64,000 nucleotides of DNA from Dehalococcoidia bacterium (lineage in GTDB: Bacteria; Chloroflexota; Dehalococcoidia; Lucifugimonadales; UBA3495): contig CBDBCU010000003.1 of the NCBI GenBank assembly GCA_965203435.1, positions 74,918 to 138,917 on the forward strand, in the 5' to 3' direction. Position numbers and translations under genes: made by a program. Positions within the stretch are counted from its first letter, which is position 1, and the number at the start of each line of letters is the position of its first letter. Shown piece after piece: positions 8,436 through 18,587 of the stretch. Below the pieces are notes generated by a model that made no database searches, had not been told where the DNA came from, and saw nothing but the letters and a program-made list of their open reading frames with translations.

Positions 8436-8820
8436 GTTTGTGGTGGACAGCCACGCCCTTTGGTGGTATCTCAAGACGCCGGAACTGCTTTCCGAAACGG
8501 CGGTTTCGGTCTTTGCGCTGGCGGAAGCCGGCAATGCCACTATCGTAATTCCGGCCATTGTCGTGGCTGAGTTTTACTTTCTTTCCGTCAAGCGCGGTCA
8601 GCCCTTTACTCCCGCCGCCCTGTACCATCACCTAGCTCAGGTACGCGGCATCGAGTTATCCGACTTGGGCATCGCGCAACTGGCTTTGCTGGAGCGGTTG
8701 CCGGAGATAGCGGACATCCACGACCGGCTGATTGCGGCGGAGGCGCTGCACCGCAAAGCCCCGCTGCTGACCCGGGATCGCACTCTCCGGGCGTCAACGC
8801 AGTTGGCAACCATTTGGTAG
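8416..8820 (+). CDS. vapC: PIN-domain toxin (VapC family)
   Basis: About 134 aa with conserved acidic positions in VVDSHALWWY, VVAEFYF, IHDRLIAAEA and LLTRDR. The ATG at 8416 overlaps the antitoxin stop. The ORF-track start at 8287 is an out-of-context extension. Confidence 0.75.
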   Translation: MQSRPAEFVVDSHALWWYLKTPELLSETAVSVFALAEAGNATIVIPAIVVAEFYFLSVKRGQPFTPAALYHHLAQVRGIELSDLGIAQLALLERLPEIADIHDRLIAAEALHRKAPLLTRDRTLRASTQLATIW

Positions 8821-8831
8821 TTGTCCCCCCA

Positions 8832-8860
8832 TTGACCTGCCCTTTATTGACCGCTATAGT
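8832..8860 (+). promoter_or_regulatory. Candidate sigma-70-type promoter for the nucleotidyltransferase/MoxR operon
   Basis: TTGACC (8832-8837), a 17-nt spacer, then TATAGT (8855-8860), 33 nt upstream of the ATG at 8893. Motif match only. Confidence 0.4.
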
Positions 8861-8892
8861 ATCCGGCAACTGCTGGCGCGGCGGGGGGCTTT

Positions 8893-9630
8893 ATGTTTGC
8901 TTTGATACTGGCCGGGGGCAAGGGGGAACGGCTGCGGCCCTTGACCGATACTCTGCCCAAGCCCATGGCGCCGCTGGCCGGCCAGCCCCTCCTGGAACAT
9001 CAGGTAGATTGGCTGCGGTCGGCCGGGGTTTCCGAGGTGGTCTTTCTGGCGGGCTATCGCTGGCAGCAGGTGCGGGACTATTTCGGCGATGGCGGCGATT
9101 TCGGCATCCGGGCGCATTACAGCGTCGAGGATTCGCCCCTGGGCCGGGGCGGGGCTATCCGCCAGGGCTTGGCCCAGGTTCCCGAAATGGAGGATGCCGT
9201 TTTTGTCCTGAACGGGGATATTATCACCGCCGCCGACCCGGCGGCGCTGTTAGCCGCCTACCGCCGCCGTCAAGCCGCCAATCCCGCGCACTTGGCTACT
9301 ATTATGGTGACGCCGATGGTCAGCCCCTATGGGATTGTGGAACTGGACGGGCCGGAGGGCGTGGCGGCCTTTCGGGAAAAGGCGGAATTGCCGCATTGGA
9401 TTAACGGCGGCGTTTATGTCTTTGACCGCCGCTTGGCCCCGCTGCTGCCGGAGGTGGGCGACCACGAAACGGAAACCTTTCCGCATTTGGCGCGGCAAGG
9501 GCGCATTGCCGCCTATCCCACCCGGGATTTCTGGCGCAGCGTGGATTCCTTTAAGGATTTGCGGGAAGCCGAGGATTATCTGCAAGGGCGCCGCCCGGCC
9601 GCCGTACCGGCGGCAGCGGCCCGGGGCTGA
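8893..9630 (+). CDS. Sugar-phosphate nucleotidyltransferase (NTP_transferase family)
   Basis: N-terminal LILAGGKGERLRPLTDTLPKPM signature (GxGxRL). Length is 245 aa. Confidence 0.8.
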   Translation: MFALILAGGKGERLRPLTDTLPKPMAPLAGQPLLEHQVDWLRSAGVSEVVFLAGYRWQQVRDYFGDGGDFGIRAHYSVEDSPLGRGGAIRQGLAQVPEMEDAVFVLNGDIITAADPAALLAAYRRRQAANPAHLATIMVTPMVSPYGIVELDGPEGVAAFREKAELPHWINGGVYVFDRRLAPLLPEVGDHETETFPHLARQGRIAAYPTRDFWRSVDSFKDLREAEDYLQGRRPAAVPAAAARG

Positions 9631-9634
9631 CCGG

Positions 9635-10600
9635 ATGACTGCCAATATCCTCAGTCCGGAAATTGTCGGCCGGGTGGCCGCGGCTATGGCCCGGATTAAA
9701 GGCAATGTGGGGCAGGCCCTGGTGGGCAAGGGGGAAGTGGTGGAGCTGACCCTGGCCGCCGTGCTGAGCGGCGGGCATATTCTGGTGGAGGATGTGCCGG
9801 GCATTGGCAAGACGACCCTGGCCCGGGCCCTGGCTAATTCCCTGGATTGCCAGTTCAAGCGGATTCAGTTCACGCCGGATTTGATGCCGGCGGACATTAC
9901 CGGCATCCACTACTATAACCAGAAAAGCGGCGAGTTCGAGTTTCGGCCCGGCCCCATCATCGCCCAAATAGTGCTGGCCGATGAAATCAACCGGGCTACG
10001 CCGCGCACCCAATCGGCTCTGCTGGAAGCTATGGCCGAGCGGCAGCTGACCGTGGATGAGGCTACCGTGTCCTTGCCGGCGCCCTTTCTGGTCATCGCCA
10101 CGCAAAACCCCATTGAACTGGAAGGCACCTTTCCTTTGCCCGAGGCTCAGTTGGATCGTTTCCTCATCCGCCTGCAATTGGGCTACCCGGCGGAGGCCGA
10201 GGAGGAGGAAATGCTGCTGCGGTTTGAGCAAGCGGAGCCTTTGACCGACCTGCGTCCGGTAGCGGCCGCCGGGGAAATTCTGGAGTTTCAGGCATTGACC
10301 CGGCGGGTTTATGTGGATCCGGTACTGCGGAATTATGCCGTCCGCATTGGGCAGGCCAGCCGGCAGCATCCGGAGGTGGAACTGGGGTCCAGTCCCCGGG
10401 CTACGATGGGCTTGTACCGGTGCAGCCAGGCTTTATCGCTGCTGCGCGGCCGGGAGTATGTTACCCCGGACGAAATCAAGACCCTGGCCCCCTATACCCT
10501 GGGTCACCGGGTTATCCTCAAGTCCCAGGCCCGGCTGCGGGAACGGACGGCGGCGGACATTATTGGGGAAATACTGGAACGGGTAACGGTGCCGGTGTAG
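9635..10600 (+). CDS. MoxR-family AAA+ ATPase
   Basis: Walker A GIGKT, Walker B LADEINR, ATQNPIE and the C-terminal SPRAT motif. The ATG at 9635 lies just after the upstream stop. The ORF-track start at 9329 overlaps the previous gene. Confidence 0.9.
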   Translation: MTANILSPEIVGRVAAAMARIKGNVGQALVGKGEVVELTLAAVLSGGHILVEDVPGIGKTTLARALANSLDCQFKRIQFTPDLMPADITGIHYYNQKSGEFEFRPGPIIAQIVLADEINRATPRTQSALLEAMAERQLTVDEATVSLPAPFLVIATQNPIELEGTFPLPEAQLDRFLIRLQLGYPAEAEEEEMLLRFEQAEPLTDLRPVAAAGEILEFQALTRRVYVDPVLRNYAVRIGQASRQHPEVELGSSPRATMGLYRCSQALSLLRGREYVTPDEIKTLAPYTLGHRVILKSQARLRERTAADIIGEILERVTVPV

Positions 10601-10627
10601 CAGTATCCCTTTGCGGGCAAGGCTTTG

Positions 10628-10755
10628 CCGTCCTTCAACAAGTTCAGGGTGAGCGGAAAGCAAGTTCAGGGTGAGCAGAAAGCAAGTTCAGGGTGAGCGG
10701 AAAGCAAGTTCAGGGCCGTCCTTCAACAAGTTCAGGATGATCGGAAAGTTCGGGG
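10628..10755. repeat. Family A intergenic repeat cluster between MoxR and DUF58 genes
   Basis: ccgtccttcaacaagttcagggtgagcgg, then three tandem ~22-nt units aaagcaagttcagggtgagc(g/a)g, then a second ccgtccttcaacaagttcaggatgatcgg. Confidence 0.9.
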
Positions 10756-10761
10756 CGGGTT

Positions 10762-12000
10762 ATGCTTAACGATTTCTGGCCTTTCATTGGCGGGGTGCTG
10801 CTGTTTGTCGGGCTGGTGTCCAGCCTGGGACTGCTGCTGATTGTGGGCGCGCTGGTGCTGATTGTCTGGGCTTTGGCGAAGTTCTGGGATCGCTTTGCCT
10901 TTCGGGAAGTGAATCACTGGCGCAGCCTGGGCCGCAGCCGGGCTTTCGTCGGCGATGCCCTGGAATATACCGTTACCCTGGCTAACGACAAGATTGTCCC
11001 CCTAATCTGGGTGGATATTCAGGACAGCTTTCCGCCGGAACTGGATTTGCCCGGGGCTACGGTGCGCGGCACCGGAATGGAAGCGGCCCGGGAGCATCGC
11101 ATTACCACCTCCTTGCTGCCCTACCAACGAGTAACCTGGAAGTATCAGTTGCGCTGCCTGGCCCGGGGCTATCACCGCATCGGCCCGGTACGGCTGCGGA
11201 GCGGCGATATTTTCGGCTTTACCGCCGCCGAAACCCGGCATAGCGGCGTGGAGCATATCCTGGTCTATCCCCGGGTGGTGGACTTGCGGCGGCTGATTTT
11301 CCCGTCGGAACATCCTTTAGGAGAAACCGGGGGGCGGCGGAATCTTTATCAAGACCCCAGCCGCTTTATGGGATTGCGGGATTATCAGCCCCGAGATCCG
11401 ATGAAGCATATCGACTGGAAAGCCACGGCGCGCCGTTCTTTGCTGCAAACCCGGGTTTTTGAGCCGGTGGTGTCGCTGAATGTGCTGATTGCCCTGAATG
11501 CCACGACCGGTGAGTTTGCCTGGCAGGGCAGCAATCGGCGGTTGTTTGAGCGGGCGGTTACGGTGGCGGCCTCGGTGGCCGATTACTGCGCCGCCGCCGG
11601 CTACAGTTTCGGGCTAATCAGCAACGGCGTGGCGGTCTATTCCGGCAAATGGCTCAGCGTGCCATTGGGCAGTTCCCGGCAGCAGTTGGGGCTGATTCTG
11701 GAAGCTCTGGCTATGGCCGGGCCTTATTCGGTGATTACCGTGGCCGATGTGCTGCAACGGGAGCGGGATACCCTGCCGCCGGGGGCTACGGTGGTGCTGG
11801 TTACGGCGGTAGTTACCCGGGCCCTGGCCGAGGAAATTGCCGTATTTCAGGATCGGGGCTACCGGGTAATCGTGCTGTATGCCGGGGACGGCGGGCCGGA
11901 AATCCGCTTGACCGGGGTAACGGTGCATTCCCTGGGGCGGGTGCTGGAAACTTTGGAACGGGAAACGGCGGCCGATTATGAGTCAGTTCTGGCGGACTAG
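10762..12000 (+). CDS. DUF58 domain protein (MoxR-associated, vWA-like)
   Basis: N-terminal transmembrane helices and the DUF58 signature FMGLRDYQPRDPMKHIDWKATAR. It occupies the conserved position after MoxR. Confidence 0.8.
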   Translation: MLNDFWPFIGGVLLFVGLVSSLGLLLIVGALVLIVWALAKFWDRFAFREVNHWRSLGRSRAFVGDALEYTVTLANDKIVPLIWVDIQDSFPPELDLPGATVRGTGMEAAREHRITTSLLPYQRVTWKYQLRCLARGYHRIGPVRLRSGDIFGFTAAETRHSGVEHILVYPRVVDLRRLIFPSEHPLGETGGRRNLYQDPSRFMGLRDYQPRDPMKHIDWKATARRSLLQTRVFEPVVSLNVLIALNATTGEFAWQGSNRRLFERAVTVAASVADYCAAAGYSFGLISNGVAVYSGKWLSVPLGSSRQQLGLILEALAMAGPYSVITVADVLQRERDTLPPGATVVLVTAVVTRALAEEIAVFQDRGYRVIVLYAGDGGPEIRLTGVTVHSLGRVLETLERETAADYESVLAD

Positions 12001-13381
12001 CGCCATCACCGGGGCCGCCCTCTTTCTGGAAGCGGCCGCCGCCTATCTGGTCATCGGGCTGCTGGCCCTGTTGACCAACACGGAATTGGCCCGGCTGCCG
12101 CTCTGGCTGGTACTGCTGGCTTTGGCTTGGGCCTACATCCTTTCCCTCTACATCCAAACCATCCGCTTTTCCCTGAACCTGCGCGGGGTCATCGGCCTGT
12201 TCCTGAGCCTGCTATCCCTGATGGCCCTGGCCGCTTTAAGCGGAATGGGCTTGGTACCCTTGGGCCGGATACTGAGCGGTGACCTGAACGTTGCCTTTGG
12301 GCTGGCCTTGACTCTGGCCTTTCTGGTGGCTTTGTGGTGGCGGGGCAGCAGTCTGGCCCATGACGAGGTGACACTGGAAACGGTGCGCGGCGCCTTTCAG
12401 CGGGGCTTGGGCATAGTAGTGGGGGCGGTAGTCATTGACGCCCTGGTCGCGGCCCCCATTGTCAACGGCTTGCTGGTGGTGGGCTTTTTCGCCGTGGGTT
12501 TGGCCGGCTTGTCCCTGGCCCGCTTTGCCGCCGAGGCCGCGGACGGGCAAGGGATGTCCCGGGACTGGTTTCTGCCCATCGGGATAATGGTGGCGGCGGT
12601 GCTGCTGCTGGCCCTGCTGATTGGCGGCCTGGGCCTGGGGGGATTGGATGATGTAACCCGCGCCATCCTGCGCGGGGTCGGCGCGGTAGGCAATTGGATC
12701 CTGCGCCCCATCCTGCTGGGCTTGGGCTATGTGGCGGCGGCCCTGGTCGCCCTGGGCCACTGGCTGACCAGCGTATTGGGCGGCGGCGATTTGAGCGGAT
12801 TGACCGAGGCGCAGGAACAGCTACGGCGTTTCCACGAGAACCTGGAGGAAGTGGAGGGCGATGGGCCGCCGGGCTGGGTCTATGCCCTGCTGCGGTGGCT
12901 GGCGGTGCTGACGGCATCCCTGTTGGTCGGGTGGGTTCTGTTTCGGGTTTTCCGATTCCGCCGCCTGCTGCGCCGTTCCGGGGAGGTGCAGGAAACGCGG
13001 GAATCCCTGTTCACTTGGGACAAGGCCAACCGGGATTTGTTCGGCGCGGTCAACGGCTGGTGGCATAACCTGGTGCAAAAGGCTACGGCGGAGGGGGATA
13101 AAGTCCCGGAACCGGTTAATCCCCGGGAAGTGTACCATCGCTTTCTGGAAGTGGCGGCAAACCGGGGCCGGCCCAAAGGGGAAAGTCAAACGCCGCGGGA
13201 ACATCAGGATACCCTGGAGGATACCCTGCCGCCGGCTCCGGTAGCGCGGATCGTCGGCGGCTTTCAGCGTTCCCACTACGGCCGCCAAGACGCTAATCCC
13301 CAAGAAATGGCAACCCTGCGGCAGGATTGGGAAACCCTGCGGCAGCACGAAAAAGAACGGGATGATTCCAACATGGATTAA
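11978..13381 (+). CDS. Polytopic membrane protein with C-terminal DUF4129-like domain (MoxR/DUF58 operon third gene)
   Basis: Multiple hydrophobic helices, then a soluble tail (PREVYHRFLEVAANRGRPKGESQTPREH) of the type seen in DUF4129/TgpA-like partners. The start overlaps the DUF58 stop. Confidence 0.6.
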   Translation: MSQFWRTSAITGAALFLEAAAAYLVIGLLALLTNTELARLPLWLVLLALAWAYILSLYIQTIRFSLNLRGVIGLFLSLLSLMALAALSGMGLVPLGRILSGDLNVAFGLALTLAFLVALWWRGSSLAHDEVTLETVRGAFQRGLGIVVGAVVIDALVAAPIVNGLLVVGFFAVGLAGLSLARFAAEAADGQGMSRDWFLPIGIMVAAVLLLALLIGGLGLGGLDDVTRAILRGVGAVGNWILRPILLGLGYVAAALVALGHWLTSVLGGGDLSGLTEAQEQLRRFHENLEEVEGDGPPGWVYALLRWLAVLTASLLVGWVLFRVFRFRRLLRRSGEVQETRESLFTWDKANRDLFGAVNGWWHNLVQKATAEGDKVPEPVNPREVYHRFLEVAANRGRPKGESQTPREHQDTLEDTLPPAPVARIVGGFQRSHYGRQDANPQEMATLRQDWETLRQHEKERDDSNMD

Positions 13382-13382
13382 C

Positions 13383-13497
13383 AGGATGGACAGGATTTTG
13401 TTGTCTGCTAATCAAGATTCTCTCTATAAGGAAAGAATCCGACAGAGCAGACAAACAAAATCCGGTCTATCCGGTCTATCCGGTCTATCCATGTAAA
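13383..13497. repeat. Family C long imperfect palindrome between convergent genes
   Basis: GGATGGACAGGATTTTGTTGTCTGCT ... AGCAGACAAACAAAATCCGGTCTATCC, with an inner GATTCT/AGAATC stem and a tctatccgg x3 tail. It is related to the element at 57028-57136. Confidence 0.8.
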
Positions 13498-14403
13498 TTA
13501 CTGGCGGAATTGGGGCAGGGTTTGGGCGGCCAGGCTTTCCATCAGTTCCCGGATGCGGTCGGCGTCGCCGGTGTTCAGGGCTAGTACCAGATGTTCTACG
13601 CCGGCCGCCCGATAGGCGGCGATGGACAGGGCGGTTTGCTCCGGGTCGCCGCCGGGGATGCGGGCCCGGTCGGCGGCTCGTGCGCTGGAAGGGCCGGCGG
13701 TGGCTTCGACTTCGACCCGCGCCGACCAGACCAGGGAATTGGGGTCGCGGCCGGCCTGTTCGGCCAATTCCTGAACCTGCTGGCGGCCGGCGGCGTATTC
13801 CGCCGGCGTCAATCCGGAGGGATGCCAGCCGTTGCCAAGGCGGGCGGCCCGGCGCAAAGCTCCGGGGCTGGAGCCGCCAATCCACAGGGGAATATGCGGC
13901 TGCTGCACCGGCTTGGGGGCAAAGCGCAGGTCGTCAAAGTTCCAGCGGCGGCTGTGATAACGAGGGGCCGGGTTGGTCCACAATTCCTGCATTACCCGGA
14001 TGCCCTCGTTGGTCAAGGATGCCCGTTCCGCCATAGGGATGCCCAGGGCGGCGAACTCCTCGGCCATAGCCCCGACGCCGATGCCAAGGGTAACCCGGCC
14101 GCCGGACATACAATCCAGGGTGGCGGCGTATTTAGCCAGTTCCACCGGATTGTGGTAGGGCAGCACCAGCACCGAAGTTCCCAAGCGCACCTGCCGGGTA
14201 GTGGCGGCCAAGTAGGAAAGGGTAGCCAGGGGATGGTAATAGGGCTTGTCGTCCAGCCGTTCCCGGATGTAGCCGTTGTTAAAGAGATGATCCATCACCC
14301 AGACGGAGTCATAGCCCAACGCCTCAGCCAGCGGCCCGAAAGCCAGGACTTGTTGCACATCCTCTAGTCCCCAGTTATTGGGGATGGTAACGCCGAACTG
14401 CAT
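13498..14403 (-). CDS. LLM-class (luciferase-like) flavin/F420-dependent oxidoreductase
   Basis: MQFGVTIPN..., GYDSVWVMDHL and LGIGVGA are typical of luciferase-like monooxygenase family proteins. Length is 301 aa. Confidence 0.75.
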   Translation of the reverse strand: MQFGVTIPNNWGLEDVQQVLAFGPLAEALGYDSVWVMDHLFNNGYIRERLDDKPYYHPLATLSYLAATTRQVRLGTSVLVLPYHNPVELAKYAATLDCMSGGRVTLGIGVGAMAEEFAALGIPMAERASLTNEGIRVMQELWTNPAPRYHSRRWNFDDLRFAPKPVQQPHIPLWIGGSSPGALRRAARLGNGWHPSGLTPAEYAAGRQQVQELAEQAGRDPNSLVWSARVEVEATAGPSSARAADRARIPGGDPEQTALSIAAYRAAGVEHLVLALNTGDADRIRELMESLAAQTLPQFRQ

Positions 14404-14470
14404 AAACTAGCCTCCGGTTTGGCGGGATTTAGAGGGCGTATTGCCCGGATTTTGACACCCGGGGCAATAC

Positions 14471-14944
14471 CTAGCCCATCCGTATCGCTTGCAACAGGCG
14501 GGTCGTTTCTACGGCGGCGGCGGCGGCGTTGCTGCCGATATTGCCCGATTTGCCGCCGGCCCGGTTGATGGCCTGATCCATATTATCCGCGGTCAGCACG
14601 CCGAAAATAGCCGGCACGCCGGTATCCAGGCCCACGGCGGCGATGCCACGGGCCGCCTGGCCGGCCACCATTTCGTAGTGGTCGGTTTCCCCCCGAAGGA
14701 CCGCGCCCAGGCAGATGACGGCATCATAGCGGCCGCTTAGGGCCATAGCCTTGGCGATAACCGGCAGCTCAAAGGCGCCGGGAACCCAGGCCACGGTGAC
14801 GGCGGCGTCCGCTACGCCGTGCCGTTCCAGGGTTTCGAGGGCGCCGGTCAGCAGCGGCCGGGTTACGAAATCGTTGAACCGGGCGACGACCACGCCCACC
14901 CGCAAGCCGGGGCCGTCCATAGTTCCCTGCAATTCCTGCGGCAC
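14471..14944 (-). CDS. ribH: 6,7-dimethyl-8-ribityllumazine synthase
   Basis: 157 aa with GLRVGVVVARFNDFVT, VAWVPGAFELP and LGAVLRGETDHYE. Confidence 0.9.
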   Translation of the reverse strand: MPQELQGTMDGPGLRVGVVVARFNDFVTRPLLTGALETLERHGVADAAVTVAWVPGAFELPVIAKAMALSGRYDAVICLGAVLRGETDHYEMVAGQAARGIAAVGLDTGVPAIFGVLTADNMDQAINRAGGKSGNIGSNAAAAAVETTRLLQAIRMG

Positions 14945-14956
14945 TTTATCCTCTCC

Positions 14957-15670
14957 CTAATCGGTTTTCGGGGTTTCCGGGGCGGCGGCGGCGGCTTCCG
15001 TGGATTCCAAGCGGCCGCGGATGGTGAACATCCGTTGAAACAGGGTAAAACAGGATACCAGAGCGATAACCAGCAGGATCCAGGGCATCAGGGTCAAGGC
15101 GGGGGTCAAGCCGTCAATTATCAACCCACCGCCCAGAATGACCACCCGCTCGGTACGGGTCATTACGCCGGAGCGAATGAATACGCCCAAGCCTTCCCCC
15201 CTAGCCCGCAGGTAGCTGACGCCCTGGGAAAAAATCAGGGCCAGCAGCAGGATGACGCTGTAGAATTGGGCAAAGCCGGCGGCGTCCATAAAGCCCGGCG
15301 CGGCAAAATTGCCTTGCAGAGCGTACACCGCCATTCCGACGAACAGGCCGGCCTCGCCCAAGCGGTCAAAAACCGAGTCGAGCAAAGCGCCGAAGGGACT
15401 GGCCCGGCCGGTCATTCGGGCCAAAGCGCCGTCGAACAAATCCAGGCCGCCGCCGGCCAGAAAGACGAGGCCGCCCAGCCAAAGGTGACCGGCGGCGACC
15501 AGTCCGGACGCCGCGATACAGACGGCAAAGCCCAGCAGGGTAATGGCGTTGGGCGTCAAGCCTACCGCCCGGAAAAGCCGGGCCCCGGGCAATTCCACAT
15601 AGCGGGACAAGCCGGCCCGAAACTGTTCTCTACCCGGTACAGCCATCAGCGTTCCGCGCAATGCAGTCAA
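14957..15670 (-). CDS. CDP-alcohol phosphatidyltransferase (candidate phosphatidylinositol-phosphate synthase)
   Basis: The complete D-x2-DG-x2-AR-x8-G-x3-D-x3-D motif is present (LDLFDGALARMTGRASPFGALLDSVFDRL), in a polytopic membrane protein. The start may instead be the internal ATG at 15646. Confidence 0.8.
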   Translation of the reverse strand: MTALRGTLMAVPGREQFRAGLSRYVELPGARLFRAVGLTPNAITLLGFAVCIAASGLVAAGHLWLGGLVFLAGGGLDLFDGALARMTGRASPFGALLDSVFDRLGEAGLFVGMAVYALQGNFAAPGFMDAAGFAQFYSVILLLALIFSQGVSYLRARGEGLGVFIRSGVMTRTERVVILGGGLIIDGLTPALTLMPWILLVIALVSCFTLFQRMFTIRGRLESTEAAAAAPETPKTD

Positions 15671-16775
15671 GATAGTAGTTTTCCACTTGGCGCGCCACCA
15701 CTTTCCAGCGGTATTGCTCGACCAGCCGCCGCCCGGTAGCGCCCATCCGGGCGGCCCGGGCCGGGTCGTTAATCAGGGCGGCCAGGGCATCGGCCAGGGC
15801 ATCGGAATCCTTGCGGGGAAAGAGCAATCCCTGCTGCCCATCCCGGATAATGCCGGCATAGCCCTCGATGTCCGAGGCCACGATGGGCTTGCCGGCGGCC
15901 ATAGCCTCCAGCAGCACAATGCCAAAGCTTTCCTGCCCGGTGGCCGGAGAGCAGAAAATATCGGCGGAGGCGTAGTAGCGGGGCAAATCCTGATAGGAAA
16001 CGCCGCCGACCAGTTCCACATCGGCCGGGTTGCGGGCGCTCAATATCTGGTGGGATTCCTTGTCCAGATTGCCCGGCCCGACCACCAGCAAGCGCAGGTC
16101 GGGATATTCCCACTTCAGCCGGCTGTAGGCGGCGAGGAGGTATTTCAATCCCTTGCGCTTTTCCAGGCGGCCCACAAAGAGGATATTGGTTTTGCCGTCC
16201 TGATATTGCGGCCAGGGCTGTACCGGGCCGGCAAAGTGTTCCACGGCAATGCCGTTGGGGATGATGCGGTAATCCCGGGGAAAGAAGTTGTTGACATACT
16301 GATGGGCCGCCGGGGATACGGCAATGCCGCCGTGCAGCCGCTGATGCCAGCGCTTGACGATGGGCTGGCTGAAACGATAGAGGTACTGCGGGCTGTGGTA
16401 GGCGTGGAAAGTGCCAATGTTGACGGTGTTGGAACATTCCAGGACGCAGAGCGGCAGCACGGGGGCCAAGGGTTCATGGAGATGGATGATGTCAAAGGAT
16501 TCCTCAGCCAGCAAATCCCGCACCCGGGGGTAGAGCCACCAGGAAAGGGACAGGCGGGCAACGGAGCCGCCGGAAAAGACCGGCACGGAGCGGCCCAAGG
16601 GTACAAAGGCGTCCAGTTCGCGGTCCTCCCGGGCCGGGGAATGGGGAGCCAGGATTTGCACCTGGTGGCCGGACGCCTTTAACTCCTGGGCCAGTTGGGA
16701 TATGTGGGCCGTTACCCCGCCGGGCCAGGTGAAATCGTAGGGCGATACCATTGCTATTTTCACGGCAGGTTTCAA
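15630..16775 (-). CDS. GT4-family glycosyltransferase (PimA-like)
   Basis: 381 aa GT-B protein with the E-x7-E motif region ESFGIVLLEAMAAGKPIVAS. It lies between ino1 and the CDP-alcohol transferase. Confidence 0.8.
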   Translation of the reverse strand: MKPAVKIAMVSPYDFTWPGGVTAHISQLAQELKASGHQVQILAPHSPAREDRELDAFVPLGRSVPVFSGGSVARLSLSWWLYPRVRDLLAEESFDIIHLHEPLAPVLPLCVLECSNTVNIGTFHAYHSPQYLYRFSQPIVKRWHQRLHGGIAVSPAAHQYVNNFFPRDYRIIPNGIAVEHFAGPVQPWPQYQDGKTNILFVGRLEKRKGLKYLLAAYSRLKWEYPDLRLLVVGPGNLDKESHQILSARNPADVELVGGVSYQDLPRYYASADIFCSPATGQESFGIVLLEAMAAGKPIVASDIEGYAGIIRDGQQGLLFPRKDSDALADALAALINDPARAARMGATGRRLVEQYRWKVVARQVENYYLDCIARNADGCTG

Positions 16776-16861
16776 TCCTTACGGGCGGGCGCGGCCGGTT
16801 CCGTCCCTCAGTCGTTGTGCCGGGATCGGCTGGGCCGGCCGCTTCCGCGGCGGCTGGCGGG

Positions 16862-17983
<1,122 letters not shown>

Positions 17984-18107
17984 GTTTTCACTCCTTTATC
18001 CGGCCCCGGCTTGCCGCCAGTTGCCCTGACCCGTGATTGCATTGTACCAGTTTAAGCAGGCCGGGGCAAGAGGGGGGCAAGCACCTTTGTCGACCCCAAC
18101 CGCAACC

Positions 18108-18587
18108 CTACCGAGGACGGAACAGGGTGTAGAGGGCAAAGGCGCGGCGGGCCGCGGGGTCGCACCGCTCCAGCTCCGTTACCGCCTGCTCCGTTTGGTC
18201 GATGAACTGAAGGACGTGGGGGCGGGAAAAGGATTCGGCGGGGTTGTAGTCGGCCGAATGGCGTTGGATCTGCATCGCAACAAACCGGATCCCGAAGTTG
18301 CGAATTTCCGGGGGAAAGGCCCGCATTCCCGCCGGATTGTCGAGACGGTTCCGGGCCGGCCCGTGTTCCAAGGACCGGTAAACCAACTGCCAACCCGGTT
18401 GGCGGCGGTGGGCCGGGGTAGCGCCGGCGAGGGTATCGGCGCAGCAGTGGGACAAAGCATGGAACAGGGCGTAATAGGCCGTGCTGACGGCCCGCCGCAA
18501 GTCGGCTTGCCGCGGCCGGCCCCGATTCCCGCTGACGCCGCCGGTCGCCAGATGCCGGGCAATTCTAATCAGGTCGTAGGGATTCAT
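18108..18587 (-). CDS. HEPN-like all-alpha protein (putative toxin-type partner)
   Basis: The start is taken at MNPYDLIRIA. The pattern AVSTAYYALFHAL ... QRHSADYNP ... QTEQAVTELE resembles HEPN-domain (PF05168-type) helices with the R-x-x-A-D-Y segment. The gene overlaps the upstream gene by 23 nt. Confidence 0.45.
   Translation of the reverse strand: MNPYDLIRIARHLATGGVSGNRGRPRQADLRRAVSTAYYALFHALSHCCADTLAGATPAHRRQPGWQLVYRSLEHGPARNRLDNPAGMRAFPPEIRNFGIRFVAMQIQRHSADYNPAESFSRPHVLQFIDQTEQAVTELERCDPAARRAFALYTLFRPR

Noticed and set aside
7332-8820. Complete Thoeris system
   Set aside because: Only a ThsB-like TIR gene is present. No ThsA-type effector (SIR2, TM-SLOG or Macro) is present in this window.
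7219-8890. Integrative element at tRNA-Gln (integrase plus att repeat)
   Set aside because: No integrase or recombinase gene is present. I found no direct repeat of the tRNA 3' end at the far side of the low-GC islet. Only the compositional shift and the cargo type suggest horizontal origin.
9329-10600. 423-aa form of the MoxR ORF overlapping the nucleotidyltransferase gene
   Set aside because: The upstream 102 codons are an out-of-frame overlap of the preceding gene with Arg/Trp-rich sequence. The MoxR homology starts at the ATG at 9635, right after the upstream stop.
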